A DNA stretch of 64,000 nucleotides. Origin: an uncultured virus (IMG/VR IMGVR_UViG_3300021365_002389) (taxonomy: Duplodnaviria > Heunggongvirae > Uroviricota > Caudoviricetes). Below are positions 29,231 to 39,917 of this stretch, one piece after another (position 1 is the stretch's first letter; every line of letters starts with the position of its first letter). The notes under the pieces are model-generated. The model saw nothing but the letters and a program-made list of their open reading frames with translations. It had not been told where the DNA came from and ran no database searches. Where the stretch lies: the IMG/VR virus record IMGVR_UViG_3300021365_002389, positions 1 to 64,000 of that record; one strand, given 5' to 3'. Position numbers and translations under genes: made by a program.

Positions 29231-30750
29231 GGCGCAGGTTCTTCGACCCTAAATTTGAAAACTTCGGGCTGTTGTCTATACTCTCCTTGTAAATAGTATA
29301 CAAATTGAATTTTATATGTATAGCCCGGTTCTAAATAATTGGTGTCAACTTGGAAGTAGCTACCACTAACATCATACGACATTCTAGTATAGTCCTTGAC
29401 TGAACTTCCTGTTCCAAACGGAACAACTTCTAAATTGTCAACTTCCCTATGCAACCTATAGTACGCATCTTCAATTATTTCAGGCACAACTTCCGCAGTT
29501 GCAACCGTATAAATATTTGGATTCCAGTTTTTCTTTCTTGGGAATACTCTTAGTCTTGGTTGTTGCCCCTTTATATAAGAACTCTTAAGATTTGTTATAT
29601 CAGTTATATACTCATCTGAATACACAAGCTCTAAAGCCCTCAATGTTGTTGGCTCATATGACCCAGTAAAAAATTCTGTTATATTACCAACAGCCGATGC
29701 AGTATGCCAGACATCGTACAAATAATCATTAGAGGATGTTGTTGCAAAAGAACAAGTATAAACACCTGATACCTCTACACCATTTTCAATAAGGATTCCA
29801 CCTGTTAAATGATGTTCCGCATTGTTGTCTGAGTCAATTATTAAAACGCTTTGTGTTCCGGGAGAGGTGGCACTACCACTGTAAACTTTTACCAATAATT
29901 GATTGTCTTTGAGTCCCGGTATATTTTTTAGCTGTCCTCGAACGTTATTATAGAGAAAAAGAGTATTTAAATTATCTGTACCATCAGCAAGACTACTACT
30001 AACAATAAAATTACCTCTATTATCTTTTCTTGATGAATCCCAACGAGCCTCAAGAACAGGTCTTTTAAAATAAAACTCACTGTTTCTACCAAAAAACTTC
30101 TTGGTAAAAAAGGTTCCTTTTGCTCCAGCTATAACCTCGTCAGTGTGTTTCAAAATAAATCCGTTGTTATAAGTTGAGCCCGACGAGCGCCAGCGATCCA
30201 CAGCAAAATTAACATTGACATCTAAATCTTCCAGGCCGCCTGAAAAGAAATAACTCGCAGATGCGTTCTCACCTGTCTCAAAATATCCACCAGTGATAGC
30301 GGTCGCTGGATTTGCAGGATTTGAGCCCCAGAAAGTTCCTTTACTAGAACTTACCCAATTGCACACCCCTAGGTCTGTGTAACTGTCCATGTCTAATCCC
30401 CGTCCTTCTTCCCAGGACTGAGTAAGCATTATCACATTTAAACTATAGCTAAGAGGAGTTGTGTCTGTGTGGGGTGCGTTGTACATCTTGAGACGAAAAT
30501 CAACACTAGATGACGGGATCACACCGTTGGCAATATCATCTAATACCTGATTCATGTCAAATTGAAGTAAAATTCTTGACTGTTCTGCACTATTAGAGTC
30601 AATAGATGCTGATGTCTGTCCATGTATAACAAATGCCTCTAGTATATCTGAGGCTCCCATATTGGATCCTGTTCCTCGATTTTTTAGATCAGCCTTAAAG
30701 GCATTAGAAATTGTATTGTCTTGTGTTGCAAAATATCTTTTTATACCCAT
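29227..30750 (-). CDS. Virion structural protein with DNRLRE/CBM96-like N-terminal domain
   Basis: ATQDNTI...SRILLQFD...LTQSWEEG...NW...NNGFILK...RPVLEARW pattern; baseplate context. Confidence 0.55.
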   Translation of the reverse strand: MGIKRYFATQDNTISNAFKADLKNRGTGSNMGASDILEAFVIHGQTSASIDSNSAEQSRILLQFDMNQVLDDIANGVIPSSSVDFRLKMYNAPHTDTTPLSYSLNVIMLTQSWEEGRGLDMDSYTDLGVCNWVSSSKGTFWGSNPANPATAITGGYFETGENASASYFFSGGLEDLDVNVNFAVDRWRSSGSTYNNGFILKHTDEVIAGAKGTFFTKKFFGRNSEFYFKRPVLEARWDSSRKDNRGNFIVSSSLADGTDNLNTLFLYNNVRGQLKNIPGLKDNQLLVKVYSGSATSPGTQSVLIIDSDNNAEHHLTGGILIENGVEVSGVYTCSFATTSSNDYLYDVWHTASAVGNITEFFTGSYEPTTLRALELVYSDEYITDITNLKSSYIKGQQPRLRVFPRKKNWNPNIYTVATAEVVPEIIEDAYYRLHREVDNLEVVPFGTGSSVKDYTRMSYDVSGSYFQVDTNYLEPGYTYKIQFVYYLQGEYRQQPEVFKFRVEEPAP

Positions 30751-32543
30751 TATCTAATAACTCCCACAATATCTGTTTGAGGTATCAAAATTTCCGCAAC
30801 AGCGTCATCAGGTATTTTTAGAAATCTACCATCGTCAGAAATGTTTGCATTTACGTCGTAAAAGAAACCACTATAAATACCACCTGCCTTATTTTCTAGG
30901 AAAACATTAACAGTATCTGTAACACCAGGAACTTCATTTAAAATTTTGAAAATATTAGTTATTTGAATTGATTCACCAATTGAGTGGCTTACGGAAAGTC
31001 TATCAATTAATTTTTCCGTACATCTACTAAGAACTTCAAACTTATTAACACCAAGATCAGTTATGATCTCAAAGTTAACACCGTAGTTTATTATTTTAGC
31101 ATTTAAAATATCAATTGTATCATTAAGCATTCTATGTCTGTTTAACCAAACTTTCAAATTTTTCTTAATGGTTGAATTTGCTTCTATAAAATTTCCGTTT
31201 TCGTTTTCTGATAAAACGTAAAGATTTAAGTTTCTCTTTAGTGCTGAAGAATCTTGTAAGATATTGGCTCTTTTTATTTTTCCAAATTTTGCAGGCATTC
31301 TGTAGCACAACGAAATGTAATCTGTACGAGTGACGGCTCTATTTTGTGAAGAGAAGCTAGACATTGCTCTTTGCTTAATCTCTTCGGCTGTTATAATATT
31401 TGAATCACCAAGGATTGGCTCCTCGTTTTCTACCTCTATTGTTGAGATCACTTCAGTTGCTGTTGCTTCTGTTAAAGTATCCCTGTTCTTAAATACCACA
31501 TCTGGGAATATAACTTTTGTGACAGCGCCAGCAGCGACATTTATCTCTCTAACATTATTAGATCGGTACCGAACAGTCAAGGTGGTGTTAGTCGGAACAA
31601 CACCAAACTTGTCGGTCTTAATTAAATTTGAAGGGTCAAAGCTGCCGTCCGTAATATGGTTTTTTCCATGAATATCAAGGACAACATTTGCTGGGTCGGC
31701 CACCAAATCAGTCGTTAAATTTTCACCAGAACCAAAACCAAATTGTAAAAAACAATTCCCTGACGAATCAAATTCAGTTACAAACCTTCTAGGTACAGGC
31801 TTTACTTTCATTATGTTTGGAACAACATCCTTGTCGTCTGAAAAGTTTGGTTCTTCATTTAATACAACATCCTGTGTCAAATGGTCCACTTCGTAGTATT
31901 CATTTCCCTGACTATCGACAACACTGAGTATTTCAATAACACTTGTTGCTTCTAGTGGTAACCTGAGAAATCTCTGATACTGATCAACTGTAATGTCAGT
32001 TTGATATAACTGTCCAGATATGACCTGACCAAATGATTTTATAGCGTAATGGGTAGGAACCCCGGTTGAAGTATTTACTTTTGCTACAGTTATTTCATTT
32101 TCTGGTCTTGAAAAATCTACACTTTCATTTAGTGTAAATGTTAAACCATTTGTGGCTGATAGTATGGATCCTCTTCTCAATATTGGACTGTAAGAAAAGT
32201 CCGGATTGCCGTTTGAGGACAAAGCAGGTATTATTGCATAGAAAGCACAGTTACCTACTGATGCGGCAGCACCTGGCATCTTAAAACCCATTTGCTTAGC
32301 TAATTTTACAATATTCTTGTACTCAATCGCAGAATCTATGAAACTTTCATTAGCTTGATAATCAACATAAAATGAAAGTTGATCTCCAACATACGCCACT
32401 AAGTCTAGCATCATTGCACCAAACGAGGCCTCGTTAAAATCTTGAAACGTGTTTGGGTAATATCTCTTAGCGTAATTTACCAGATCTTCCTTGATTGAAT
32501 CAAAGTCTCTGCTAGTATAAGAAATTGGTCTTATTTTTTTCAT
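30750..32543 (-). CDS. Baseplate wedge subunit (T4 gp6 / baseplate J-like)
   Basis: YTSRDFDSIKEDLVNYAKRYYP...DFNEASFGAMMLDLVAYVGDQLSFYVD...ESFIDSA; LQFGFG; QNRAVTRTDY. Confidence 0.85.
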   Translation of the reverse strand: MKKIRPISYTSRDFDSIKEDLVNYAKRYYPNTFQDFNEASFGAMMLDLVAYVGDQLSFYVDYQANESFIDSAIEYKNIVKLAKQMGFKMPGAAASVGNCAFYAIIPALSSNGNPDFSYSPILRRGSILSATNGLTFTLNESVDFSRPENEITVAKVNTSTGVPTHYAIKSFGQVISGQLYQTDITVDQYQRFLRLPLEATSVIEILSVVDSQGNEYYEVDHLTQDVVLNEEPNFSDDKDVVPNIMKVKPVPRRFVTEFDSSGNCFLQFGFGSGENLTTDLVADPANVVLDIHGKNHITDGSFDPSNLIKTDKFGVVPTNTTLTVRYRSNNVREINVAAGAVTKVIFPDVVFKNRDTLTEATATEVISTIEVENEEPILGDSNIITAEEIKQRAMSSFSSQNRAVTRTDYISLCYRMPAKFGKIKRANILQDSSALKRNLNLYVLSENENGNFIEANSTIKKNLKVWLNRHRMLNDTIDILNAKIINYGVNFEIITDLGVNKFEVLSRCTEKLIDRLSVSHSIGESIQITNIFKILNEVPGVTDTVNVFLENKAGGIYSGFFYDVNANISDDGRFLKIPDDAVAEILIPQTDIVGVIR

Positions 32544-32568
32544 TAAAAATCCTCAGATCACTATAAAA

Positions 32569-32976
32569 TTAAGTAGTGATTTCCTCAGTAAATTGTAACG
32601 TATCGCTAAAGTTTATTGATGGAGCGTTATATTGAATTGTAATTCTTAATTCATTTAAAGCCACCATGTTATTATCTTCGTTAGTCAAAAAACTTACTCT
32701 TTCTAAAACTATGAAGGGCATGTAGACGTCAATTTGTTTTTGAATTTGAGTTACAATTCTTTCTTTAGTTCTGCTCGAAAAGTTTTCAAATAGAATCCTT
32801 TTTAATCCAACACCAAAGTCTGGAATCATTATTCTTTCGCCGGGAGATGTTAGTATCATGTTTTTGAAATTTTGTTTTATAACCTGTCCTAAATTTTTAT
32901 TCAATCTATAAGGTCCGTCAGTTGCGTCTAATTGAAGCGGCAGAGCCACAGACAAACCTTGCATTTTATTTGACAT
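32569..32976 (-). CDS. Baseplate wedge/sheath initiator (T4 gp25/GPW-like)
   Basis: IKQNFKNMILTSPGERIMIPDFGVGLKRILFE is the gp25 signature; GGAGG ribosome-binding site. Confidence 0.9.
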   Translation of the reverse strand: MSNKMQGLSVALPLQLDATDGPYRLNKNLGQVIKQNFKNMILTSPGERIMIPDFGVGLKRILFENFSSRTKERIVTQIQKQIDVYMPFIVLERVSFLTNEDNNMVALNELRITIQYNAPSINFSDTLQFTEEITT

Positions 32977-32992
32977 ATTAACTCTCCTCCTA

Positions 32993-32998
32993 TAAGTA
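32993..32998 (-). promoter_or_regulatory. Candidate late promoter element TACTTA
   Basis: - strand GAA-TACTTA-TAGGAGG...ATG upstream of the gp25-like gene. Confidence 0.4.
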
Positions 32999-33014
32999 TT
33001 CTTCTAGGTACAAT

Positions 33015-36000
33015 TTAGCTCAAACCTAAATGCCTTTTTAATATGTTAATTGATGAACTATCATCATCTGGGTTAATATTAGCAATATGCCTCTGCGTTA
33101 ACGAACTCAATATATAATAAACATGATTTATGGCAACCTTAATGAGATCATTTTGTCTAGATGACGCAGCGCCCGCTGAGTTTGCAATCAGATATTTCCA
33201 ATACGATAGAATATCATCCTCCAAACTAATAAGTTGATAGCCCTGGGCGTTGTACGGTGCGGGTCCGCCACCACGGCGCAAATAATCTGGGTCTAATACA
33301 AGCTTACCTCTCCTAATACCCCATTGCCCTGGTTGTGGATAGTTTATCATATCAAAATTATTTCTTTCCTGACTGCCATATGAATTAATGACGCCCGAAA
33401 GTTCATCATTGGATGATGTGTTTCTTGCCAGAGCCTCAGTTCTTTCTTTAGAGACCCACGCTTTTATTTTCGCTTTGCCGTCACTTGTTCTTTCTCCAAC
33501 AGGTGCATACGGATTGTGATTTAAAAAAGTGGAATAAGCTCTCTTATACAGTCTCATAAAAGTGTAGTCGCCGTTTGGTGGTGTAGCTATTTCTAAAACT
33601 CTTTTTCTCTCATAAAAAGCGAAAGCCTTTTGTGTGTTGGGGTTGGCTCTTTGTTCAGCGGTGCCCATCTCATCTCCCAAAGGAATATAACTTACTAACG
33701 ATGCATCACTGTAGTTATATTTTAAGGCCTCTTTGATCCAAAAATCTTGTTCCTCTGCTGGTAGTCTCTTAAATATTGGAACATACATTGAATACAAGGG
33801 GTTAAAAAAGTCTCTTCCATCATTTTCTGAGTTGTCTGTAAAAGTAGGACTATTAAATTCTAGAGCGCCGAGTTGCAAAGTTCTAAACTCGTTTTCTTGT
33901 GGAGTATTACCAAGTATGGTATAACTAACCTCCCCATGTTTATATGATAAGAAGTCATATGAACCATCGCCTCCGGAATATAAAGGCGTTTTAAGAACAT
34001 TAAGATATCTTTCATACGTTCCAAATTGTCTTTCATAAAGTTTAATCGCCTTCATGACTTCTTCATCTGAGTAGTATGTTTCGCCAGCGACTGTTAGCGG
34101 GTATCCACTAAACCTTTCACTAAACGCCGAAACGTTTTCTGGATTTATAGCAGTCAACAGTGTATCGTCAGCATTAGCTACTCTTTTTTCTGCAAAAAAT
34201 TTAAAGTTTGGTAATCTCTGTTGCGGCTTGACAGCATAATCATAATATATCATAGTCAATGCGTTCAATAGAGATATTGGCATATAATAATAACCATATT
34301 GTTGAGTCCAGGTTAGTTCAGCGGAACCATCAAAACCACCTGCTTGTTGCAATGCTGCTACAGTGGGAGCGACGGCAGGTCTATTAAATTCTCCGTCTGT
34401 AAAGCCTGCTAAAGAATTTGATGGGTTATAATTAGCAACTTGATCTCGACCCTCGGGTAAAACCTCACCTGTTCGTAAATAATTTAAAAGAGTTGTTCCT
34501 CGGTTATCAGTAGCCTGATTCTCGTAAGGATTTCTTCCTGGGTTTTCGAAAGACTGCTTAGAAATATTAAAGAACATTGACTGAACAGAAAATTTAATTG
34601 CTAATTTAAACTTTTCTCTTAGATCGTTTGTTGTAGATATATCAAACAAAACACCTGCTGCATTAGCGGGTCCTTTAGAAAAAGCTTTGTCAACATCATC
34701 CATCGATTTAAGATATATGTCAAACATTTTTTTGTCTGTCATTTCATACTCAAATTTTTTCGCCAAATACCCAGAAATCATATCAATAATATCGGGAACA
34801 CCCATACCCCAACCAAGAGCCGGGAACAAAACACCAGAATTCAATATAAAATTACTTATTCTCGTCTGTATCGAGTTTAAACAAGCGATCGCTATTCTCT
34901 CCTGCTGTGTCAAAACACAGGGATCACCATTAGTTGCAAATAGTGGTTCGGATATGGCCTGGGTTAGTGGTCTGAGTCTGTCCGAATTAGTGATATAAAA
35001 TGAAGTTACAATTTCAGCAATTTTGTTTGGGTTAGCAATCGCTAGCGGAAACCCGCCCTCTATAGTTCGTGACCTAATTACAGTGTTCTCTACCAAAGCA
35101 TTAATAGAGGTAGCTATCTCATTATTATAATTGTCTAAAGCAGCACTATATGCTCTGAAAAGCAAGCCATCTTCTTTAATGTAATTGTGCAGTGTTCCCT
35201 TGTTGATACCCATTCCATTATTTCTATTGAGTTCAAAAGACCCTAATGATTCAGTCATAAATTCTTCTTCATCTTCAGGGCTATCACTCGGTCGTTGTCC
35301 TGCCAGAAAGACAGTGTTACCTCTAATTTGAAAGTTAACAACAAATGTTTGATCAACACCAGCAGATATATACCACTGGAACACGTCATCTTTTTCTCGA
35401 TCCGTGGGGTTAGGGACCATCCTAACTTTTGGTATTATTCTTTGAGTCCCAAAATTTGTGGTTATAGTTGACCACAATTGAGTGTCTCTTACACTTGTTC
35501 TTTGTCTTTCAAGTGGTGCATCAGCAGCCTCGGCTGACATACTTAATGCATCGGATATAAACGCCTGAAAAAGTCTAGATAAGAACGCTATTTTCTCTAA
35601 TATAGCCCTGTATCCTTCAGCAATCGGTAATCCCTCTTCCCATTTGTTAAAGAATTTAAGATCGAATCCATCAAAAGCTCCATTAAAAAGTTCACACAAG
35701 TCTAAAAGTTTTGTCAATTCTGCTTGGGTTCCTTGCTGGACTTCTAGATTTAATTGTTCTAAGGATACTCCCACACCTTCTAATCCCCTGGCTGCCAACA
35801 GCTTTGGATCACAAAATGCATCCTCTGGTACCAAAGGTGAACTTGGTAATGAATCAGGACCTAAAGCTTTCCCCAATTCTTTAAAGTACTCTCTTAATTT
35901 ATTCTCATCAAAATCTAAAGTAGCATAACGAATATCACCAGATCTAAAAGACTCTGCTGACATTTTAAGTCTTATTTTTGCTGTCTCTGTAATTCCTAGA

Positions 36001-38975
36001 GCTTTTCTATCCTCAGTAAATCTAATACCTGCATTTTTTGCTAGTCTGGTGAAAATAACACTGCTAGGATCAGCATAATCAAAGTTATTTTCGACAGATG
36101 ATTGAATGAGTATTTCTTTTTGTTCGGCAGTTAAAAAATTGTTATATTCACCAATATCAATGTTGTCATTTGTCATATCAACAAGATCAACAACAAGATC
36201 CCTGGGTGCATTACCCTCCAGCAATCCCTCCACCTCTGATTTAGTGCAGGTATCAGAAATATCCTCATGAAGCTGGTATAGTTGCTCCTCTGTCACTGGA
36301 CTTATTGTCACTTGATCTAGGTTATCTCCCGTAAGAGTGGTATTTTTTATGTCTAGGTTTTCGCATATTTCAAGCAACTTAACTTGGCTTTCGGCGTTCT
36401 CAATTAAAAGATTTAACCTCAACTCTCCGTAAGATTCTAATAGTTTATTTTTATTTTCAGTTTCTTTATCCTCACTCTGCTCTGGCCCACATCCCAGCAA
36501 GGCTGTAACAACATCCTTAAAGATGTCTAGTATCATTTGTTTCAGAAAGCTCTCAATAATTTTTTCAACAGCCAAGCGCCAGCCTTTTTGACTGTCTCTG
36601 GTTGTTATCTTGTACCTTAAAAAATCAACCGTATAAGCCTTTGAAGATCTGTTGGTTTCGCTAACAACGTCACGAACAAGCGTTTTGAGTGGTCCGGGTT
36701 CATCAATAAGAGGATCTAGAATTAACTCATTAACGCCATCACCAATAAGATCGAATATGCAGCTTACCTGCCTGTAGATTTCCCTTTCAATTTCTTGAAG
36801 TAAAAAATCAGGTCTGTTTATATAAGATTCTACATTATCAGCAGATATTCTCAATTTACCAAATTCAAATACTGATTCTCCAGATAAAATCTTCTCCGGA
36901 TTTTCTAATACCTCAAAGGCATACTTTTTTTGAAGGAATAATATCGCATCTTTTGACTTAACAAGGATACCTGCTATCAGAGCTTTTTTATCTGCTCTAT
37001 TGCTAACAAGATCATATATTTGAAATGCCTCCGACAAAGCTGACGATAATCCTGTATCACAAGAACCAACAGCACTTCTTACGGCATTGTGAAGTTCTTT
37101 ACTAGAGATAAAATCTTTCTTTGCCCTAATTGTCCTTAAGTCTTTTTCAGACGGAAAAAGTTTAGTGTCTCCAGACGCTTTAGCCATTTTTTGTGAAGAG
37201 CTTTTTTTCCGATCACCGTCATCCATCAGTTTTGATATATCTTTTAAACTAGTAGAACTTCCTTGGTTGGTAGTATTTGCTATTTTACTCTTAAAGAAAC
37301 TATTGGCGTTTAAATTAGGATATGTATATTGAGTTAAGAAAGTAGTCCACGGTGGTATATCTTTTCTACCCTCAAATGTTGATAGCTCAGTTGAATAATA
37401 AAAATATCCCACTGAAGTGTTTGTCAATTCTTTGAACGCATTTTCAGAACTATTATCTTTTATGAGATTCTTCTTGGATAACCCGAGACCATCCAAAATA
37501 AGTGAACCATTATAGAAGGCATATCTTATTTCAAACTCAGGAGACATTCTAAATTCTATCATGTCATAGGTTTCATTAGGCAAGGCGTTCAGAGAAATAA
37601 ATTTTTGAACTGATTGATTTGTTAATCTAAAATTCTCCAGTTGATTCCTTATATTGAACCCTGATATCATACTTGGCGTTACTCTAGCGTTTGAAATTGC
37701 GTCAGAGTAATTGCTGATTACCTTTTCTGTTTGAACCAGGGCTGGTAACATGTTTTTAATTTGATATACCACACCTCTATTCACCGAGTTATTTGATATT
37801 AGTTTTTTGCTTATTTGGTAGGGTGATAAATAAGATTCATATGGTACTGTGTTTACCTGATTGTTGCGGTTTTTATTCTTAGTCTTAGCTTGTTTACCAC
37901 CCTTGCCCTTCTGGTTTCCTTCGTTTATTTGAACTTCTGGCGGTGGTGTTGTGGTGGTTGCAATATCTTTCAAGCTTTGTATATCGGCTAATTGAACTCT
38001 TGCCCCAAGGAGCCAGACAGATACTCCATCAGGCGCAGGGGGCCGGTCCCGGTCACCATATTTAGTTAAAAACTCTAACCTGCTTACAAATTCTCTTCTG
38101 TCCTCTTGGGGGACATAATCTATTTCCATAAAGGCTAGCATTTTTGATGTAGCTTTCTTAAGAAATGTCCTTTTTCTACCAAGGTAGTTACCGTCATTAG
38201 AAAATTTAGCATCGTAGCTATTAGCAGATCTTGATCTTGTTCTAGAGAGGTAGTAAATAAATCCATCCCTAGCGTTATAATAAACAACCGAGGGACTCTG
38301 AGATGGGCGGAGGTTCTTAGTCCAATCAACAAAATCTAACCCATCTCTCTGTTTTGTTTGAATTTTGTTTTCTATATCGTCTGCTTCCTCTATATTTTTT
38401 CCCAAGGTTGCTTCGGTAGGATTTAGACCAAAAGATTTTCTTATTTTTATAGTTCTATTTTGAGATGACTGGTATTTTATAGCTGGGAGTCTAAGATAAT
38501 TTAATTCTTCGCTATCCTCTTTATACAAAGCTAGTTCGGAAACAGTTAACAGAGAATTAGCAGAGGGCGATTGTGTAACAAATTGATATACTTGTTGCAA
38601 CTCAGTTATCATTGAGGCTCTAGACAAAGGAGAAAAATCAAACTGTGTTATAGCTTCAGATAAATTTTTTGGCTGTTCTAGCTTGATAACTGTTGCATTT
38701 TGTGGGTAAATAGCAGTATAAGCCATGGCATCTTCTAAGGTTATACTATTATCATTATCAGTTATGGGTCCACCAGAATTTATCACTGTTCCAATTTCTG
38801 GAAATGCCCCGTAATTTATAAAAGAATCATGTATCCCCTCAATAACCCATTTATTTCTCTCGTTGTCATAGTCATAAGTTATGCCAGATCTCCCGCCAGA
38901 TCCGTCAAACCCAGTATTGTCTGCGTATCTTTCAGGGTATGGATTTACTATGTCATTTAATCTATTAGTATTCAT
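33015..38975 (-). CDS. Very large hypothetical protein (1986 aa), probable baseplate-associated
   Basis: Long ORF between the spike and gp25-like genes; no motif recognised. Confidence 0.55.
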   Translation of the reverse strand: MNTNRLNDIVNPYPERYADNTGFDGSGGRSGITYDYDNERNKWVIEGIHDSFINYGAFPEIGTVINSGGPITDNDNSITLEDAMAYTAIYPQNATVIKLEQPKNLSEAITQFDFSPLSRASMITELQQVYQFVTQSPSANSLLTVSELALYKEDSEELNYLRLPAIKYQSSQNRTIKIRKSFGLNPTEATLGKNIEEADDIENKIQTKQRDGLDFVDWTKNLRPSQSPSVVYYNARDGFIYYLSRTRSRSANSYDAKFSNDGNYLGRKRTFLKKATSKMLAFMEIDYVPQEDRREFVSRLEFLTKYGDRDRPPAPDGVSVWLLGARVQLADIQSLKDIATTTTPPPEVQINEGNQKGKGGKQAKTKNKNRNNQVNTVPYESYLSPYQISKKLISNNSVNRGVVYQIKNMLPALVQTEKVISNYSDAISNARVTPSMISGFNIRNQLENFRLTNQSVQKFISLNALPNETYDMIEFRMSPEFEIRYAFYNGSLILDGLGLSKKNLIKDNSSENAFKELTNTSVGYFYYSTELSTFEGRKDIPPWTTFLTQYTYPNLNANSFFKSKIANTTNQGSSTSLKDISKLMDDGDRKKSSSQKMAKASGDTKLFPSEKDLRTIRAKKDFISSKELHNAVRSAVGSCDTGLSSALSEAFQIYDLVSNRADKKALIAGILVKSKDAILFLQKKYAFEVLENPEKILSGESVFEFGKLRISADNVESYINRPDFLLQEIEREIYRQVSCIFDLIGDGVNELILDPLIDEPGPLKTLVRDVVSETNRSSKAYTVDFLRYKITTRDSQKGWRLAVEKIIESFLKQMILDIFKDVVTALLGCGPEQSEDKETENKNKLLESYGELRLNLLIENAESQVKLLEICENLDIKNTTLTGDNLDQVTISPVTEEQLYQLHEDISDTCTKSEVEGLLEGNAPRDLVVDLVDMTNDNIDIGEYNNFLTAEQKEILIQSSVENNFDYADPSSVIFTRLAKNAGIRFTEDRKALGITETAKIRLKMSAESFRSGDIRYATLDFDENKLREYFKELGKALGPDSLPSSPLVPEDAFCDPKLLAARGLEGVGVSLEQLNLEVQQGTQAELTKLLDLCELFNGAFDGFDLKFFNKWEEGLPIAEGYRAILEKIAFLSRLFQAFISDALSMSAEAADAPLERQRTSVRDTQLWSTITTNFGTQRIIPKVRMVPNPTDREKDDVFQWYISAGVDQTFVVNFQIRGNTVFLAGQRPSDSPEDEEEFMTESLGSFELNRNNGMGINKGTLHNYIKEDGLLFRAYSAALDNYNNEIATSINALVENTVIRSRTIEGGFPLAIANPNKIAEIVTSFYITNSDRLRPLTQAISEPLFATNGDPCVLTQQERIAIACLNSIQTRISNFILNSGVLFPALGWGMGVPDIIDMISGYLAKKFEYEMTDKKMFDIYLKSMDDVDKAFSKGPANAAGVLFDISTTNDLREKFKLAIKFSVQSMFFNISKQSFENPGRNPYENQATDNRGTTLLNYLRTGEVLPEGRDQVANYNPSNSLAGFTDGEFNRPAVAPTVAALQQAGGFDGSAELTWTQQYGYYYMPISLLNALTMIYYDYAVKPQQRLPNFKFFAEKRVANADDTLLTAINPENVSAFSERFSGYPLTVAGETYYSDEEVMKAIKLYERQFGTYERYLNVLKTPLYSGGDGSYDFLSYKHGEVSYTILGNTPQENEFRTLQLGALEFNSPTFTDNSENDGRDFFNPLYSMYVPIFKRLPAEEQDFWIKEALKYNYSDASLVSYIPLGDEMGTAEQRANPNTQKAFAFYERKRVLEIATPPNGDYTFMRLYKRAYSTFLNHNPYAPVGERTSDGKAKIKAWVSKERTEALARNTSSNDELSGVINSYGSQERNNFDMINYPQPGQWGIRRGKLVLDPDYLRRGGGPAPYNAQGYQLISLEDDILSYWKYLIANSAGAASSRQNDLIKVAINHVYYILSSLTQRHIANINPDDDSSSINILKRHLGLS

Positions 38976-38976
38976 T

Positions 38977-39912
38977 TTAGTTTGTGCTATTATAAGGACT
39001 GTTTATAAAGCCTTCCCCGATCGGAGTATAAAAATTTGTATTATGTAAAACAACATTAGTCTGGTGAGCATTTAAATCTCCCATCAAAAGAGCAACATTG
39101 TTTAATTGAGATATACAAGCTGCTGCCAAGTCTGGCGATGGCGATGATGGTCCGCCAACAAGAGGAGCACTAACATGAACATGAGCGGCTAAAGCTGCCA
39201 CCAAAGACAAATAAGCATTAATCAAACTAAACACAATACCATTTAAGTCAGTAATTAATTTGTTTTGGTCTTTCATCGCATTAACAAGACTGTTCCCTAA
39301 GACCAAGGGCTGTAATTCTGACCCTTTATTTCCTGCTATCAGATCTATGCCGGAGATAACTGATATTCTAATACCCTGTGAGTTAAAAACATCAGTTCCC
39401 GTCACTAACTTTATACCCTCACGAGCAACAACTCTGACATCATCAGCTTTTATTGCTATTGCCGATTTGGCCCTTGATACTCCTACTTTGCCATCATGCA
39501 AACTAAAATAGTCATCAATATCGGCTTTTTGGCTTATATAAATTCTAGCCGCATCAAGCTCTGGACTCTTGTTCGTAAAAACTGCTTCATTAGTGTTCGG
39601 ATTTTTTGCTCTAGCTAGACGACCAGACATGCCGGCAATAATATCTATACAGCCTGCATGAGTGTTTCCTCGTCCACCATATCCACTCGTAACGCCCCTT
39701 GGTCTATCCCTACCATAAACAATCATACAGTTTGACGGTCTGTATTCAGGCTCAACGACTTCTGGACCTGACCTTGATGGGTTTGGGACCGGCTCTATAA
39801 TTTTCTCGTTAAACATACCGCCGTTTAATTTAAAGAAGTCAGTGAAGTTAGAGGACTGCTCCAACAACTTCTTATCAACACCAAACTTCATATCTACAGG
39901 AACTATTGGCAT
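38977..39912 (-). CDS. Baseplate central spike-like protein (gp5 C-terminal/gpV-like)
   Basis: Beta-strand repeats SAIAIKADDVRVVAREGIKLVT; QPLVLGNSL; HVH metal-binding tip followed by GGPSSPSP. Confidence 0.65.
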   Translation of the reverse strand: MPIVPVDMKFGVDKKLLEQSSNFTDFFKLNGGMFNEKIIEPVPNPSRSGPEVVEPEYRPSNCMIVYGRDRPRGVTSGYGGRGNTHAGCIDIIAGMSGRLARAKNPNTNEAVFTNKSPELDAARIYISQKADIDDYFSLHDGKVGVSRAKSAIAIKADDVRVVAREGIKLVTGTDVFNSQGIRISVISGIDLIAGNKGSELQPLVLGNSLVNAMKDQNKLITDLNGIVFSLINAYLSLVAALAAHVHVSAPLVGGPSSPSPDLAAACISQLNNVALLMGDLNAHQTNVVLHNTNFYTPIGEGFINSPYNSTN

Positions 39913-39917
39913 GTTTA

